A stretch of 64,000 nt of DNA from Octopus vulgaris (taxonomy: Eukaryota), in the NCBI GenBank assembly GCA_951406725.2, contig OX597820.1, positions 31,434,001 through 31,498,000 on the forward strand, in the 5' to 3' direction. The stretch's first letter is position 1. The number at the start of each line of letters is the position of its first letter. The position numbers and the translations under genes were made by a program. This document shows, in pieces, positions 26,466-39,989 of the stretch. The notes under the pieces are model-generated. The model saw nothing but the letters and a program-made list of their open reading frames with translations, did no database searches and was not told where the DNA came from.

Positions 26466-27017
26466 CTGAATCTACTTGCATGGCACATGTATGTATATAT
26501 CTGTGTGTGTGTGTGTATGTATATCTATGTATCTGTGTCCTGTCCCACTTATCACCATTTGGCAACTGGTGTTGATGCGTTTATATCCCTGTAACTTAGT
26601 GGCTTGGCAAAAGACACCAATAGAATAAGTACTAGGCTTACAAAGAATAAGTCCTGGCATCGGTTTCTTTGACCAAAACCCTTCCAGGCAGTGCTCCAGC
26701 ATGGCCACAATCAAATGACTGAAACAAGTAAAAGAACAAAAGAATACTGCTTCCCCCTCTGTATACTTGCAATACCATACACACATACACATGCACACAC
26801 ACTTACATGCACACACGCTTGCGTGCATACACTGATTCCAAAATATCACACAGACAAACAATTGCCTGTTCTTGTGCTGCTGTCATCTCTCATTTCCAAA
26901 CCAAACCAATATAGCTGTTTTTTACTGTTGGTGTATTATATTATTATTATTATTATTCATTTATTTATTAATGTTTTTCTGAATGTAAATCCTTTGTGGT
27001 CAATAAAGACGTTGTTG

Positions 27018-27212
27018 TTCTTCTTCTTCTTCTTCTTTTTCTTCTTCTTATTATTTATATTATCATTATTATTATTATCATTATTATTATTATCATTATT
27101 ATCATTATCATTATTATCATTATTATTATTATCATTATTATTATTATCATTATTATTATTATTATTATCATTATTATTATTATCATTATTATTATTATCA
27201 TTATTATTATTA

Positions 27213-27248
<36 letters not shown>
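27018..27248. repeat. (TTC)n then (ATT/ATC)n microsatellite
   Basis: Direct reading. Confidence 0.95.
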
Positions 27249-27249
<1 letters not shown>

Positions 27250-27756
27250 ATCTACATAGAAGCCATGTGACATTTCTCTCTTTCTAAGACCTTTCTATGT
27301 CAGCATAAAACAAATATCTTATTATTAATTTGATTTATAACATGCTCATCTGTATGTATGAGTTATTGTGATTCTCTGGAATGAAATTAAGGACAAGGCT
27401 GTTGTTGTTGTTATTATTTTTGTTTCCATATTTTTAATTTGTTTCGTTTGTGTTTTTTTTTTTAATGTCATGACCTTTTAGTCCACTGGTCACTCAAGCA
27501 ATGAACAGGTAAAAGCACTGAAGCAACAATCGGCTTACCTCAAACACTACCATTGCCATCCACCCTCATACCACCAAGAACAACAATAACAGAAACACAA
27601 AATAAAAAGAAAAAACAGCATCAATCATGTGCAGTTCTAGGTTCATTAATTATATTGCTTGTGACTATGTGTATGTATGTGCATATATATATATGTGCAT
27701 GTGTGAGTGTGTGTATATATTTATGTGTATGTATATATATGTGTGTGTGTGTGTGT

Positions 27757-29030
27757 ATCATCATCATCATCATCATCGTTTAACGTCCGCTTTCCATGCT
27801 AGCATGGGTTGGACGGTTCAACTGGGGTCTGGGGAGCCCGAACGCTGCACCAGGCCAGTCAGATCTGGCAGTGTTTCTACAGCTGGATGCCCTTCCTAAC
27901 GCCAACCACTCCGAGAGTGTAGTGGGTGATTTTATGTGCCACCGACACAGGTGCCAGACAAGGCTGGCGAACGGCCCCGCTCGGATGGGGATTTTATGTG
28001 CCACCGACACAGGTGCCAGACGAGGCTGGCAGACGGCCACGCTCGGATGGTGTTTTTATGTGCCACCGACACAGGTGCCAGACGAGGCTGGCAGACGGCC
28101 ATGCTCGGATGGTGTTTTTATGTGCCACCGACACAGGTGCCAGACGAGGCTGGCAGACGGCCACACTCGAATGGTGTTTTTATGTGCCACCAACACAAGT
28201 GCCAGACGAGGCTGGCAGACGGCCACGCTCGGATGGTGTTTTTATGTGCCACCGACACAGGTGCCAGACGAGGCTGGCAGACGGCCACGCTCGGACGGTG
28301 TTTGTTACGTGCCCACAGCACGGAGGCCAGTCGATGCGGTACTGGCTACGGTCATGTTCGGATGGTTTTCTTATGTGCCACCGGCACTGGTACCACAAGG
28401 ATACAAATTCCATTGATGTTCATCTATTTTGATTTGGTTTGACTTGATTCGATTTGACTTTGATTTGATTTGCCTCAACAGGTCTTCTCAAGTGTCACAA
28501 GCAGGAAAGTATGCACAGGCGGACTGACTACGTCCCAGGTAGGGGCCACGGGTTATGGCTTCACTAGTCTTGCCGGGTCTTCTCACGCACAGCATACTTC
28601 CATAGGTCTCGGTCTCTGGTCATTTCCATGGTGAGACCTAATGTTCGAAGGTCGTGCTTCACCACCTCGTCCCAGGTTTTCCTGGGTCTACCTCTTCCAC
28701 GGGTTCCTTCAACTGCTAGGGATTGGCACTTTCTCACACACCTATCTTCATCCATTCTCGCCACATGACCATACCATCGCAATCGTCTCTCTTGCACGCA
28801 ACAACTGATGCTTCTTAGGTACAACATTTCTCTTAGGGAACTAACACTCTGTCGAGTAAGTACACTGACATTACACATCCATCGGAGCATACTGGCTTCA
28901 TTCCTCATGAGCTTACGCATGTCCTCAGCAGTCACGGCCCATGTTTCACTGCCATGTAGCATGGCAGTTCGAACACATGCATCATACAGTCTGCCCTTTA
29001 CTCTGATGCATCATACAGTCTGCCCTTTAC

Positions 29031-29034
<4 letters not shown>
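27757..29034 (-). mobile_element. RTE LINE 3' fragment (C-terminal ORF + 3'UTR with 62-bp tandem array)
   Basis: ORF 28564-28962 is nearly identical to the C-terminus of the 56948 ORF ([18 protein letters not shown]...REKTRQD). Same 3'UTR and (cat)n tail. Confidence 0.9.
27930..28385. repeat. 62-bp tandem repeat: six near-identical units plus two diverged units
   Basis: 'atgtgcc' recurs at 27934, 27996, 28058, 28120, 28182 and 28244 (spacing 62), then at 28307 (acgtgcc) and 28373. Confidence 0.95.
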
Positions 29035-29070
<36 letters not shown>

Positions 29071-29390
29071 TGTATCTATATATATATATGTAAATATATA
29101 TATATGCATATATATATGTATATATATATATGCATGTATATATATGCATATATGTATGTATATATATATATATGCATGTATATATATGTATGTATATACA
29201 TATATATAGATATATATATATATGTATGCATATACATATATATACACATTTATCTGTATGTATATACATATATATGCATGTGTATATATATATATATATA
29301 TAGGTATATATATATGTATGTGTGTGTGTATATATATATATATGTATATATATGTATGTGTATGCATATATATGTGTGCATGTATATATA

Positions 29391-29423
<33 letters not shown>

Positions 29424-29579
29424 GTAGGTATGTTGATGCAAACAGGAAAAACAGAACTCAAAATATGAGCTTATGTATATTTATATTAATATTTAGCAGA
29501 AGTAACAGATTGACTCAAGGTCCAAGAGTTTTGTGCACATCAAACTATATACATACATTATATATATATATATATAGCT

Positions 29580-29772
29580 TCATTTTTCACGCTCAGGGTT
29601 GCTGAAGCGTGGAATAAACTGCCTGCATCAGTTGTTGACTGCCATGACACTGCATCCTTTAAGGCCCTCATGCTTCCCGAAATCCGTCGAAACTACACCT
29701 GATTATATATACACTTTAGATGAGTTGTAGTGCACCTGAGCACTGTACACAATTATTATTATTATTATTATT
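29580..29772 (+). mobile_element. CR1/L2-group LINE extreme 3' end with (ATT)n tail; related copy at ~63511-63693
   Basis: Translates FFTLRVAEAWNKLPASVVDCHDTASFK..., a typical WN.LP..VV..SFK C-terminus. The tail gttgt.gtgcacctgagcactgta.acaat is shared between both copies. Confidence 0.7.
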
Positions 29773-29897
29773 AGAGGCTACTTGCTAGAGAAGCCATAGG
29801 CCTAGGGTCAGAAGAAACGCTGTGAAGCTAAGCACTTTATGGATGTGAAACCCAGGGTAACCCCATAAACCAGCCATATCTATCTTTATCTAGATAC

Positions 29898-30081
29898 CAG
29901 TGGTTCCCAACCTGGGGTCTGCGAACCCTTGGTGGTCCACGGACCCCTGATTGTCTGCAAAGGTAATACTGGGGGTCTGTGAACTAAATTTTAAATTTCA
30001 TAGATCTTTATACATAAGGATATGCATATTAAAAGGGGTCCATGGGAAAACTCGTTTAAATAAAAGGGTTGTGAACCACTG
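29898..30081. mobile_element. hAT (Charlie-like) MITE
   Basis: TIRs cagtggttcccaacc and ggttgtgaaccactg. Degenerate 8-bp TSD ctagatac / ctatctac. Confidence 0.75.
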
Positions 30082-30569
30082 CTATCTACTCTACTGCACT
30101 ATAACTTGGAGTGTGCTTCTTTTTCAGATTTATGATTTACTGACGATATATATATATGTGTGTGTGTGTATAGGCATAGGAGTGGCTGTGTGTTAAGTAG
30201 CTTGCTTACCAACCACATGGTTCTGGGTTCAGTCCCACTGCATGGCACCTTAGGCAAGTGTCTTCTACTATAGCCTCGAGCTGACCAAAGCTTTGTGAGT
30301 GGATTTGAAAGACAGAAACTGAAAGAAGCCTGTCGTATATATGTATATATATGTATATGTGTGTGTATGTTTCTGTATCTGTGTCTGTCCCTCCAGCATT
30401 GCTTGACAACTGATGCTGGCGTGTTTACGTCCCCGTAACTTAGCGGTTCAGCATAAGAGACCGATAGAATAAGTACTAGGCTTACAAAGAATAAGTCCTG
30501 GGGTTGATTTGCTCGACTAAAGGCGGTGCTCCAGCATGGCCACAGTCAAATGACTGAAACAAGTAAAAG

Positions 30570-30600
<31 letters not shown>

Positions 30601-33600
30601 TGACATGTGTGTGTGGGTGTATGTATATATATTTTTTTATCCATTATTTTATTTTTTTTCTATATATTTATCTACTTATGCTGATCGGTCTTTTAGTCAA
30701 TGTACTGACCAAATTTCTTTCCTTGTCTATATTTTTCACTCTCTTTCCTCCTCCCTGTTTCCCTTTTTTCCTCTCTAATTATTCATCTTTACTTTTTTCT
30801 TTCTCTCTCTCATATTTTTATTTATTTCAATTTTATTTAACTTATTCAGATCCATATTTCTTTTTCTTTTTCTCCAAATCCTTCTCCACTTCTACCATAA
30901 ATAAATGGTGCTAAATTTACGATTCTATAGAACAATAGTTTTATTGTCAACACCAGCAACTACTTTTGAACTTATGTTGATTGAGTTAAATGTCTAATCG
31001 GCGCCAACTGTCTGCAATTTTGGACTGGAACTGCTTTCTCTGCTTTTGTGTCCAAGATTGCTGTGTTTAATAAATCTTATTATATGTAGCTATCATTATA
31101 TTATAAACTCTTCCAGCTTTCTACCCTTTGTGACCGAGAGCTGTGGCACCCCCACCACATTAAACAACTTAAATATTGGTATTCTGATTTGAAATTTCCC
31201 TTGGTGATAACTCAGTAGGTTATTCAGCAAGTCATTGTTCACTTGTTTTAACATGATTGCCTGATGAATTTGGGAGTTATATATAATGTATTGCATAGTC
31301 TAAATACTTGTGTTATGCTCATGTTAAAATATAAGCTCGTTATGAAACAATTGTAGTAAAACTGAAAACCTGTTCATCTGTTTTTATTACATATACATAT
31401 ATGTTTTAGCTTTTTCTTGTTTCAGTCATCAGACCGTGACCATGCTGGGGCATTACCTTGAAGAATTTTAGTTAGATGAATTGACCCTAGTACTTTTATT
31501 TCTTTTTAAACCAGCATGGAAAACAGACACTAAAGGATAAGGATGATGATGATGATGATGTACATATCTATGTATGTATATATATATATATATATATATA
31601 GAGATATTGTTCTTTACGTGATTACTAATGACTAGAAATTCTAAGAATTTTGTAATAAGTAAACACACACACACACAAAAAAAAAAAAAAATCAGGTTAA
31701 ACATGTGAATTCAATGTAATTTTTGTTTTAAAATTCCTTAATTTCCTTAAATTCAGAATACTAATATAATCCAAATATTATAAAGAAATGTTTATCTCAC
31801 TCGTAACATTTGAGGTCACTAGTAAAATGACACGTGTTTGAAAAACTCTAGCTATGGTTTTGGGGAAAATCCATTTAAACTATTCATAATCATTGAGGTG
31901 TTACTTTTATGAACAGATGCCTGTTCCAATACATAACAGAGGATTGCTACTACGAAATAGCAATTCAAAATGAATGTCTACCTCAAGGAATGTATTGCAA
32001 AATGGCATGTGAACTTGTTTATAGTTTAAACTGAAGTTATGGTTACTATACGGTAAAATTCCCTTGAAACAGTTATTATCTTGCATATAAACACTAAGTA
32101 CTTCACTTCTTTGCTCTCAATTCCTAAACTATGACTGTTCTAAGAAGAAAAAAATAAAAATCACACATTTCATGAATTCTATCTAGAGGTAATTATCTTT
32201 TAATTATCTCTTACTTTGATATCACATTTCATAAAATGTTAAATTAATTAATCACAGATTACATCATACTGATGATTTCTAAATGGAATGAAATAGTACT
32301 GTACATGATACCAACAACTGGAAATTTAAAGAGCTAAATTAAAAGAGATAAACATAAAGTGATTACATATGTGAATTCCATTCATCTTTTCCTTTATAAT
32401 TATTTACTTTCCAGTTCAAATCCTGCTAAATACTTTGATTATATATTTTGAAATAACTGCCCCACTAGTGAAACGACATGTACATATGTATACATATACG
32501 CACACACACATGTATATAAGCATATATATATTTATACACATATATATACATACATATATATATATATATACATACATACATACATATATATATATACATC
32601 GTCCAACCCATGCTAGCATGAAAAACGGACGCTAAATGATGATGATGATGATGATATATATATATACTTATAAACATATATACACATAAATATATATACA
32701 CATACATACACAAATATAAAATTGTATATATATATATATACATACATACATTATATATATGTATATATACATGTGTATGTGTACATATGAGAGATAGAGA
32801 GAGAGTGACAGACAGACAGAAATGGGACACAGCTTGCTGTTGGAGGATATGACTGAATTCAATCGGAAATATATAGGGAAAAGAGGTGGTTTTGAATTCA
32901 ATAGATAGCTATAAAGTGTGTGAGAATCACACAGCTTCACAGCTTTCTTTTATTCAATTCTTCTCTTGCCTTGTGTAGTTCTATTTCTTCTTTTTCATCT
33001 CTTCACACAAACGCAAACTTGCACAGATGTATATTTGTGCATATGTATATATATTTGTCTATACACACACATATCCATCAGTATTCTCTTTTACTCTTTT
33101 ACTTGTTTCAGTCATTTGACTGCGGCCATGCTGGAGCACCACCTTTTAGTACTTATTCTATCGGTCTCTTTTTGCCGAACCGCTAAGTGACGGGGACGTT
33201 AACACACCAGCATCGGTTGTCAAGCAATGCTAGGGGGACAAACACAGACACACAAACACACACACACACATATACATATATATACATATATACGACAGGC
33301 TTCTTTCAGTTTCCGTCTACCAAATCCACTCACAAGGCATTGGTCGGCCCGGGGCTATAGCAGAAGACACTTGCCCAAGATGCCACGCAGTGGGACTGAA
33401 CCCGCAACCGTGTGGTTGGTTAGCAAGCTACTTACCACACAGCCACTCATATGTATGTAATACATGTGTGTGTGTATATATACATATCTGTATGCACATA
33501 TATATATATATATATATGTATATACATGCATGAAGAGAGAGAAACGAAAACGTCCCTTGTATTTGAAAACTATAGAATTATTTAAATTAAACCACTTCAT

Positions 33601-34147
33601 TTAATTTTTCCACAATTTAATTGTTTTTCAAGCTTTACTCCAAGTTGAAAAGTCACAAAGACTGAATCTGGTACTAAAATCTTCTTTATGATAAAATTAT
33701 TTTAGCATTTTCTACTTTGACTTATTTTCTTTATACCTATCAACTCATATGTTCCTTTTCAATCTTCCACACACACACACATATGTACACACACACACAC
33801 ATATGTACACACACACACACACATAAACACATACATACATATATGTACACATACACACGTGCACACACACACATACATACATATATGAATTTGTACATGA
33901 GTATCTTTTATCTTGAACTTGTTTCAGTTATTTGACTGTGGCCAAGCTGGGGCACTGCTTGCTTTGAAAGATTTTAGTCAAATGAATCAACCCCACTACT
34001 TATTTTATCAGTCTCTTTTGCTGAACTGTTATGTTATGGAGACGTAAACATACCAACACTTGTTGTTAAGCAATGGTGGAGAACAAAATAAACATAGACA
34101 CAAGACACACATAGACATATATCTATACATGAATACACGTGTGTATA

Positions 34148-34775
34148 TCATCATCATAATCGTTTAATGTCCGCTTTCCATGTTTGTATGGGTTGGACGA
34201 TTTGATTGAGGACTGGCGAACCAGATGCTTGCACCAGGCTCTAATCTGATCTAGCAGAGTTTCTACAGCTGGATGCCCTTCCTAACGCCAACCAATCCAA
34301 GAGTGTAGTGGGTGCTTTTATGTGCCACTGGCACGAGGGCCAGTCAGGCGGTACTGGCAATGGTCATGCTCGCCACCTGTACAGGAGCCAATCCAGCGGC
34401 ACTGGCAACGACCTCACTCAAATGTTTTTCACATGACACCAGCACAAGAGCCAGTAAAGCGACACTGGTAATGATCATATCTGAATGGTGCTTTTTACGT
34501 GCCACCGGCACGGAAGCCAGTCAGCTGCTCTGGCAGCAATCATGCTCGGATGGTGCTCTTAGCACTCCACTAGCACAGGTGCCAGTCATCGAATTTGCAA
34601 ATTTAATTTCATTTCGATTTCACTTGCCTCAAAGGTCTTCGCAAGCAGAGTTTAGTGTCCAATGTAGAAAGGTACGCATAAGTGGGCTGGTTAACCCCTG
34701 GCATAGGCCATGGGTTATGGTCTCACTTGGCTTGTCGAGTCTTCTCACGCACTGCATATTTCCAAAGTTCTCGGT

Positions 34776-34778
<3 letters not shown>
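34148..34778 (-). mobile_element. RTE 3' end fragment (last codons [17 protein letters not shown] + 3'UTR)
   Basis: Shares the ctggatgcccttcctaacgccaacca core, the repeat units and the terminal codons with the long copy. Confidence 0.85.
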
Positions 34779-34819
<41 letters not shown>

Positions 34820-35038
34820 TACATACATGCACACACACATAATGGGTTTCTTTCAGTTTCTATCTGTTAAATCCAGTCACAAGGCTTTGGTTGGCCCAAA
34901 GCTATTGTAGAAGAAACTTGCCCGAGGTGCCACAGAGTGAGACCAAACCCAGAGCCATGTGGTTAGGAAGCAAACTTCTTACCACACAGCCACCCTTGCA
35001 TCTATATATGCATACATACACACACAAACATATATATG

Positions 35039-35089
<51 letters not shown>

Positions 35090-35132
35090 AATGGGTATGA
35101 GTAAGTATCTCATTTATTTCTTTTGCCACATG

Positions 35133-35190
35133 TATCACTGACGAAGAGAGGGCTCTTAGTAGCTAACTCTGAAATCGGTCCGATATGGTA
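35133..35190 (+). ncRNA. Type I hammerhead ribozyme, apparently intact
   Basis: Stem I TATCA, core CTGACGA, stem II AGAG..CTCT, GAAA, stem III (A)TCGG-T-CCGA(T), cleavage triplet AUA (A35185), stem I' TGGTA. Confidence 0.8.
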
Positions 35191-35330
35191 ATAATGGAAT
35201 TTTTAGAAATTTCTGTCGACCTTTTTCGAGTAGCGTGCGTATTGTGAAAAAATTATATGGTTAATGGACAATATGTCCAATTTTTCGGCATATTTGGCAT
35301 TAGAATTTTTTTCCTTTGCCCTCATTTATG

Positions 35331-35378
<48 letters not shown>

Positions 35379-35477
35379 AACCAATGGTAGCTTTAATACA
35401 CAAATAAAGAAATTTTATCCACCATTGTGGTGTTGAGTACTTATTCTCATTGTTCGACATACAGATATATGTATATA

Positions 35478-35922
35478 GAAGTTGTTGTCAACTTACGACC
35501 AATCAACTTTACAATGATTGGTCTGCTAGCTCCTGGCAGCAACAATATATAGTCCAGTTGAAATCTAATGGGTTTAATTTCTACGAAATTAACCTGTCTA
35601 TGGATGATGCCAGCAAACAAACGCTTACCCTAGATTTGGTTTTTGATTGCCACTATAGTTATCCCAAGTGCTGGATGAATATCCTGTTGTGGAGACATCG
35701 AGGCAACCTTATATTTGTTTATTAGATGACTACTTGTGACTCCAAACAAATAACACTGTTGTAGTATATTACAGAATGCTGTGTGACTTTTACTTGAGAA
35801 TGTACCTTAAGAATGTAATAATATAAAACAAAGCTATGTAGGCCAATAGGCCAATTTATGACCAAATCGACTTACGACCAGTCAGTCAGAATCAATTGTG
35901 GTCATAAGTTGATGACAACCTG
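35478..35922. mobile_element. Tigger/pogo-like MITE
   Basis: Imperfect TIRs gaagttgttgtcaacttacgacca and tggtcataagttgatgacaacctg, with an internal gacttacgacca repeat. Confidence 0.55.
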
Positions 35923-35926
35923 TGTA

Positions 35927-35961
<35 letters not shown>

Positions 35962-37943
35962 GTCAGACTCTTGTTCTTGCTTTTGAATGGTACCAATAAA
36001 ATCCTGTTTAAATAGACCAACATCAAAGAAACTCCTGTTTGAAGATGAAGGGTCAAATCAGAGAAGCTGCACATTGGAAAGTGTTGCATACATGTACTTC
36101 ACAACTTGGGTTGTACTCCATTTTTATTGATCCAAGAGTCAAAGGCTGAGTTGGCCTTGAGATGATTTGAACTCAGAACATAGAGGGATCTTACTAAATG
36201 TTACAATTCAACTGTTCAACAACATCTCATCAACCACCAATACCAACATTATCATTAGCAATGCCAACATGCCACACCACCACCACAGCCACCATTACTA
36301 CCACCGCCGCCGCCACAATTATCACCATAGCCATTATGATCTCCAGTGTGACCTACTGCAGAACTACTTCGAACATCAATGCCATCAGTACCACCGTCAA
36401 CACCAACACCATCCTGATTCATGTACATCAATTAACCCTTTTGACACAAATCTTCCTGAAAGCATCGTTGGTTCTGTTACAAAATTCCAAGTTCGATTTC
36501 ACCTCAGAAAATACAGGGATCTGATTAAATATTGCAGTTTGTCTTTGCATAAGCCCAAATTATGTCTGATCTGATAGAAATGATCCAGAGTACTCCGACC
36601 ATCACCAACTTTTTCTTTTCTTCAGGCATAATTTATCTAGAGACAAATTTTTACTTCAGCAATTCCATCACCGCCATCACCACTACCACGCTAGAATAAG
36701 GACACCTCACGTTAGACTGATATAATTATTTCCCTTCGAAATATTTTGTCTTAGAACAGGCGGCGAGCTGGCACAAACCTTTGCACGCCGGGCAAAATGC
36801 TTTGTGGTATTTCGTCCGCCGCTGCATTCTGAGTTCAAATTCCGCCTAGGTCGACTTTACCTTTCATCCTTTCGGGGTCGATAAATGAAGTACCAGTGAC
36901 GCACTGGGGTCGATGTAATCGACTTAATCCGTGTGTCTGTACTTATTTGTCTCCTCTATGTTTAGCCCCTTGTGGGCAATAAAGAAATAAATATTTTGCT
37001 TTGGATTATTTTTTGTTATTATGTTGTGCTTTCCTTCTTTTGTTGTGATATTAAACTAATAAAAAAAAATCAATGAGGGCAGATATATCAGTGAACATCA
37101 ATGAATTACTCATAAACAATGATATATTAGCATATTAGCTGATAACTTAAGTAATATAATGTTAAACCGAAATGAGAATAATCAAAATTCTAAAATAATT
37201 CTAAGCAATTTCGAGGCAAGGGGTAAGGCGATACCATCAATCCCAGTGCTAGATTGGTGTTTTATTTTATCGATCCTGAAAAGATGAAAGGCAAGGTTGA
37301 TCAGCCGCATTTGAACACAAAACGTGAAGAGCCGGAACAAATGCGGACATGCTTTCTTTTCTTTGATGCTACAACAATTCTGCCAGCATTAAGCATTTCT
37401 AAAATAGTGTAGATAAGTTATCTCCCTTACCATAATAGTCAAAGTAGAGTTATTTCCCATGAATTCAGTATGACATGATTTGTACAACTAGAATTTGATA
37501 TAACATCAAAATTACTGTTTCTACTGCCCCCTCTCTATATATCTATGTATGCATGTGTGTGTTTGCGTGCGTGTGTGTGTGTGTGTGTGTGTGCGTGCAT
37601 ATTTTTCCAATTGAATATTTGTGTAATTTTTTGTGCAATTCCACCCAGCTGTTTGATCGCGAATCCTAAGACAAGGAGAAAGAAGGAGAGAGAAAGAGAG
37701 AGAGAGAGAGAGGGGGGAGAGGCACAAGCATGGCCATGTGGTCAAAAAGCTTGTCTTGGAACCACAAGGTTTTGTGCTCGTTCTAAACATCTACTGTAGC
37801 CCAGAATGATGTGTGTGTGTGCATGTTTGTTCCCCACACCACTGCTTGACAACTAGTGTTGGTTTGTTTACATCCCTGTAACTTAGTGGTTTAGCATCAA
37901 AGACCAATAGAATAAGTAGTTTCAGTCCAAAGACTGAAACAAG

Positions 37944-37997
<54 letters not shown>

Positions 37998-38597
37998 AAT
38001 GAGGTAATCAGATCGGATGGTTCATATTTATAGATATTTATTTATATATTACATTTTTTACATATATATCTATCATATCATTCGGATTATTAGCGCTTTC
38101 TCCAAATCCAGTGGGGTTTTCAAATCAAATATATATATATATATATTGTTATATTTGGGGATGGTCATGTTGTCAGTTTAACCAATAAAAACACATGCAG
38201 TATGTATTTGATGTTCACTCACTTCAGCTTTATTTCATATTAAATGTATTTCGGTCAGAGTTCTTTTGTCACACTTCTGTGACCTCATCAGTGGTCCTTT
38301 GCTTTCTTCTTTTTTGCATGTCTCTCCTTACTAGTGATCTCCCATTTTATACTAAGTCAGAAATCCGGGATCTGGATAATAATTTTTTGATAGCTTATTT
38401 TGTCTCTTTGTCTTCTCTCCTAGAGCTGTATGAACATTTAATGTGGTTTTACAGTCAAGTTTTGGCTGCTATTTCCAACATGGTGGTATCTCTTAGATAC
38501 CCTAAATTATAATTTTAATAATAATTATTACCTTTGAAGGTTTTTATTCCCATGCTGGTCACCTGATAAGATTGGTATTTAAATATCGATCTTATCC

Positions 38598-38654
<57 letters not shown>

Positions 38655-38869
38655 ATATCTGGATGGACTCATATTAAACTCTGTTGGACTTTTGGATTTT
38701 ACTCAAAGGATATTGGAATACTACACATATTACACATATATACCATTATGCCTATAAAACGGATTTATGAATTCAATACCCATACATATCTTACATCTAT
38801 TTTTTTCCCTCCACCTCACTATTTCTTTCACATCGAAACTAACTACGACTTAATTTTTCCTCTCACACC

Positions 38870-38921
38870 GTCTCCGATGAAGGGATATTATTAATTAATA
38901 TCCTAGAAACAGCTGTAAGAC
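38870..38921 (+). ncRNA. Type I hammerhead ribozyme with CCGAUGA core variant
   Basis: Stem I GTCT/AGAC, core CCGATGA, stem II GGGATATTA/TAATATCCT, GAAA, palindromic stem III ACAGCTGT, GUA cleavage triplet. Confidence 0.7.
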
Positions 38922-39411
38922 CTTCTATCTATAAATGCTCTAATATCTATACAGCCTTGGTTTTTTATCTCATTACGCAAAAATTCTTATATATGTATGT
39001 ATATATATATGCACACACATACACACAGACAGAAAGATAGACAGATAGATAGACAGTCAGACAATGATTTGCATCTGAAGTACATATTTTGCTTTTAATT
39101 TCTAATTACATTTTCATCCTTAAATGAAAACCAAAACATTTCACATTTTCAGCGTGTGAAACAGTACAACACTAATTACTTTCATTATTGAATTCACATT
39201 ACTTTTGTTCTTATATAAAACTAATTATACATCTATTACAAAATATTTGTGTTCTTCATCCATTTAATAATATAAATACGTTTGTAAAGTATTTGACTGA
39301 AATTCCTGATTATATATATTTAAAAAAAAAACAGTACTTTTTTATTGTCAAAAAACTTCAAATAACTTTTTGCACATTTTATTTTAGATCTATATACAAA
39401 TGTGTGTATGA

Positions 39412-39464
<53 letters not shown>

Positions 39465-39717
39465 AATATTAGAGAGTATAACTCCACAGAAAAACCACTA
39501 TTATGCAATTCAAACAAATGATAGACAATGATAAATATATTTTAAAACATATAACTATATCACAAAAAATAATAAACTTATTACTTATTATATATTGTTT
39601 ATTCATCTTTGTACTTTTTGTGATCTAGTCATATGTTTTAAAATATATTTTATTTTTTATTTATGATTTGATTTATGTCTATCATTGTTTGAATGGCATA
39701 ATAGTGGTTTTTCTCTA

Positions 39718-39765
<48 letters not shown>

Positions 39766-39952
39766 CGTTTTTGGATTTGGTTTGCAAGATTCTTTATATG
39801 AGTTCGTGTGTTGAAGCATATTCTGTTGTGTCATTTTCTTTTTGTACCTTATAACATAACACACTCACTGGTAAAATTTCCATTTATTTCTTATTTTTAT
39901 TTTCCTAAAAATTTCGTTGTGTCTTGCAAACCTTTTCAATAGAGAGTCAAGA

Positions 39953-39989
39953 CTATTGAAAAGGTTGCAAAATGCAACGAAAATTTTAG
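39953..39989 (+). ncRNA. Minimal hammerhead-like motif with U3:A8 core (UUGAAAA); copies at ~39905-39942 (-) and 42572-42608 (+)
   Basis: CTA-TTGAAAA-G-GTTGCA-AAA-TGCAAC-GAAA-AT-T-T-TAG. Confidence 0.55.

Noticed and set aside
27930-28385. CRISPR-like regular repeat array
   Set aside because: Units are contiguous 62-bp repeats without unique spacers, there are no cas genes, and the array lies in a LINE 3'UTR in eukaryotic DNA.
30900-32400. Possible host exons in unique-looking sequence (also 4000-4800, 42800-43300, 43870-44230)
   Set aside because: No recognisable protein motif or convincing exon chain could be read; small exons cannot be excluded without RNA-seq.
39488-39714. Hammerhead in this AT-rich fold-back
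   Set aside because: The inverted repeat is real, but no CUGANGA/GAAA core could be assembled on either strand.
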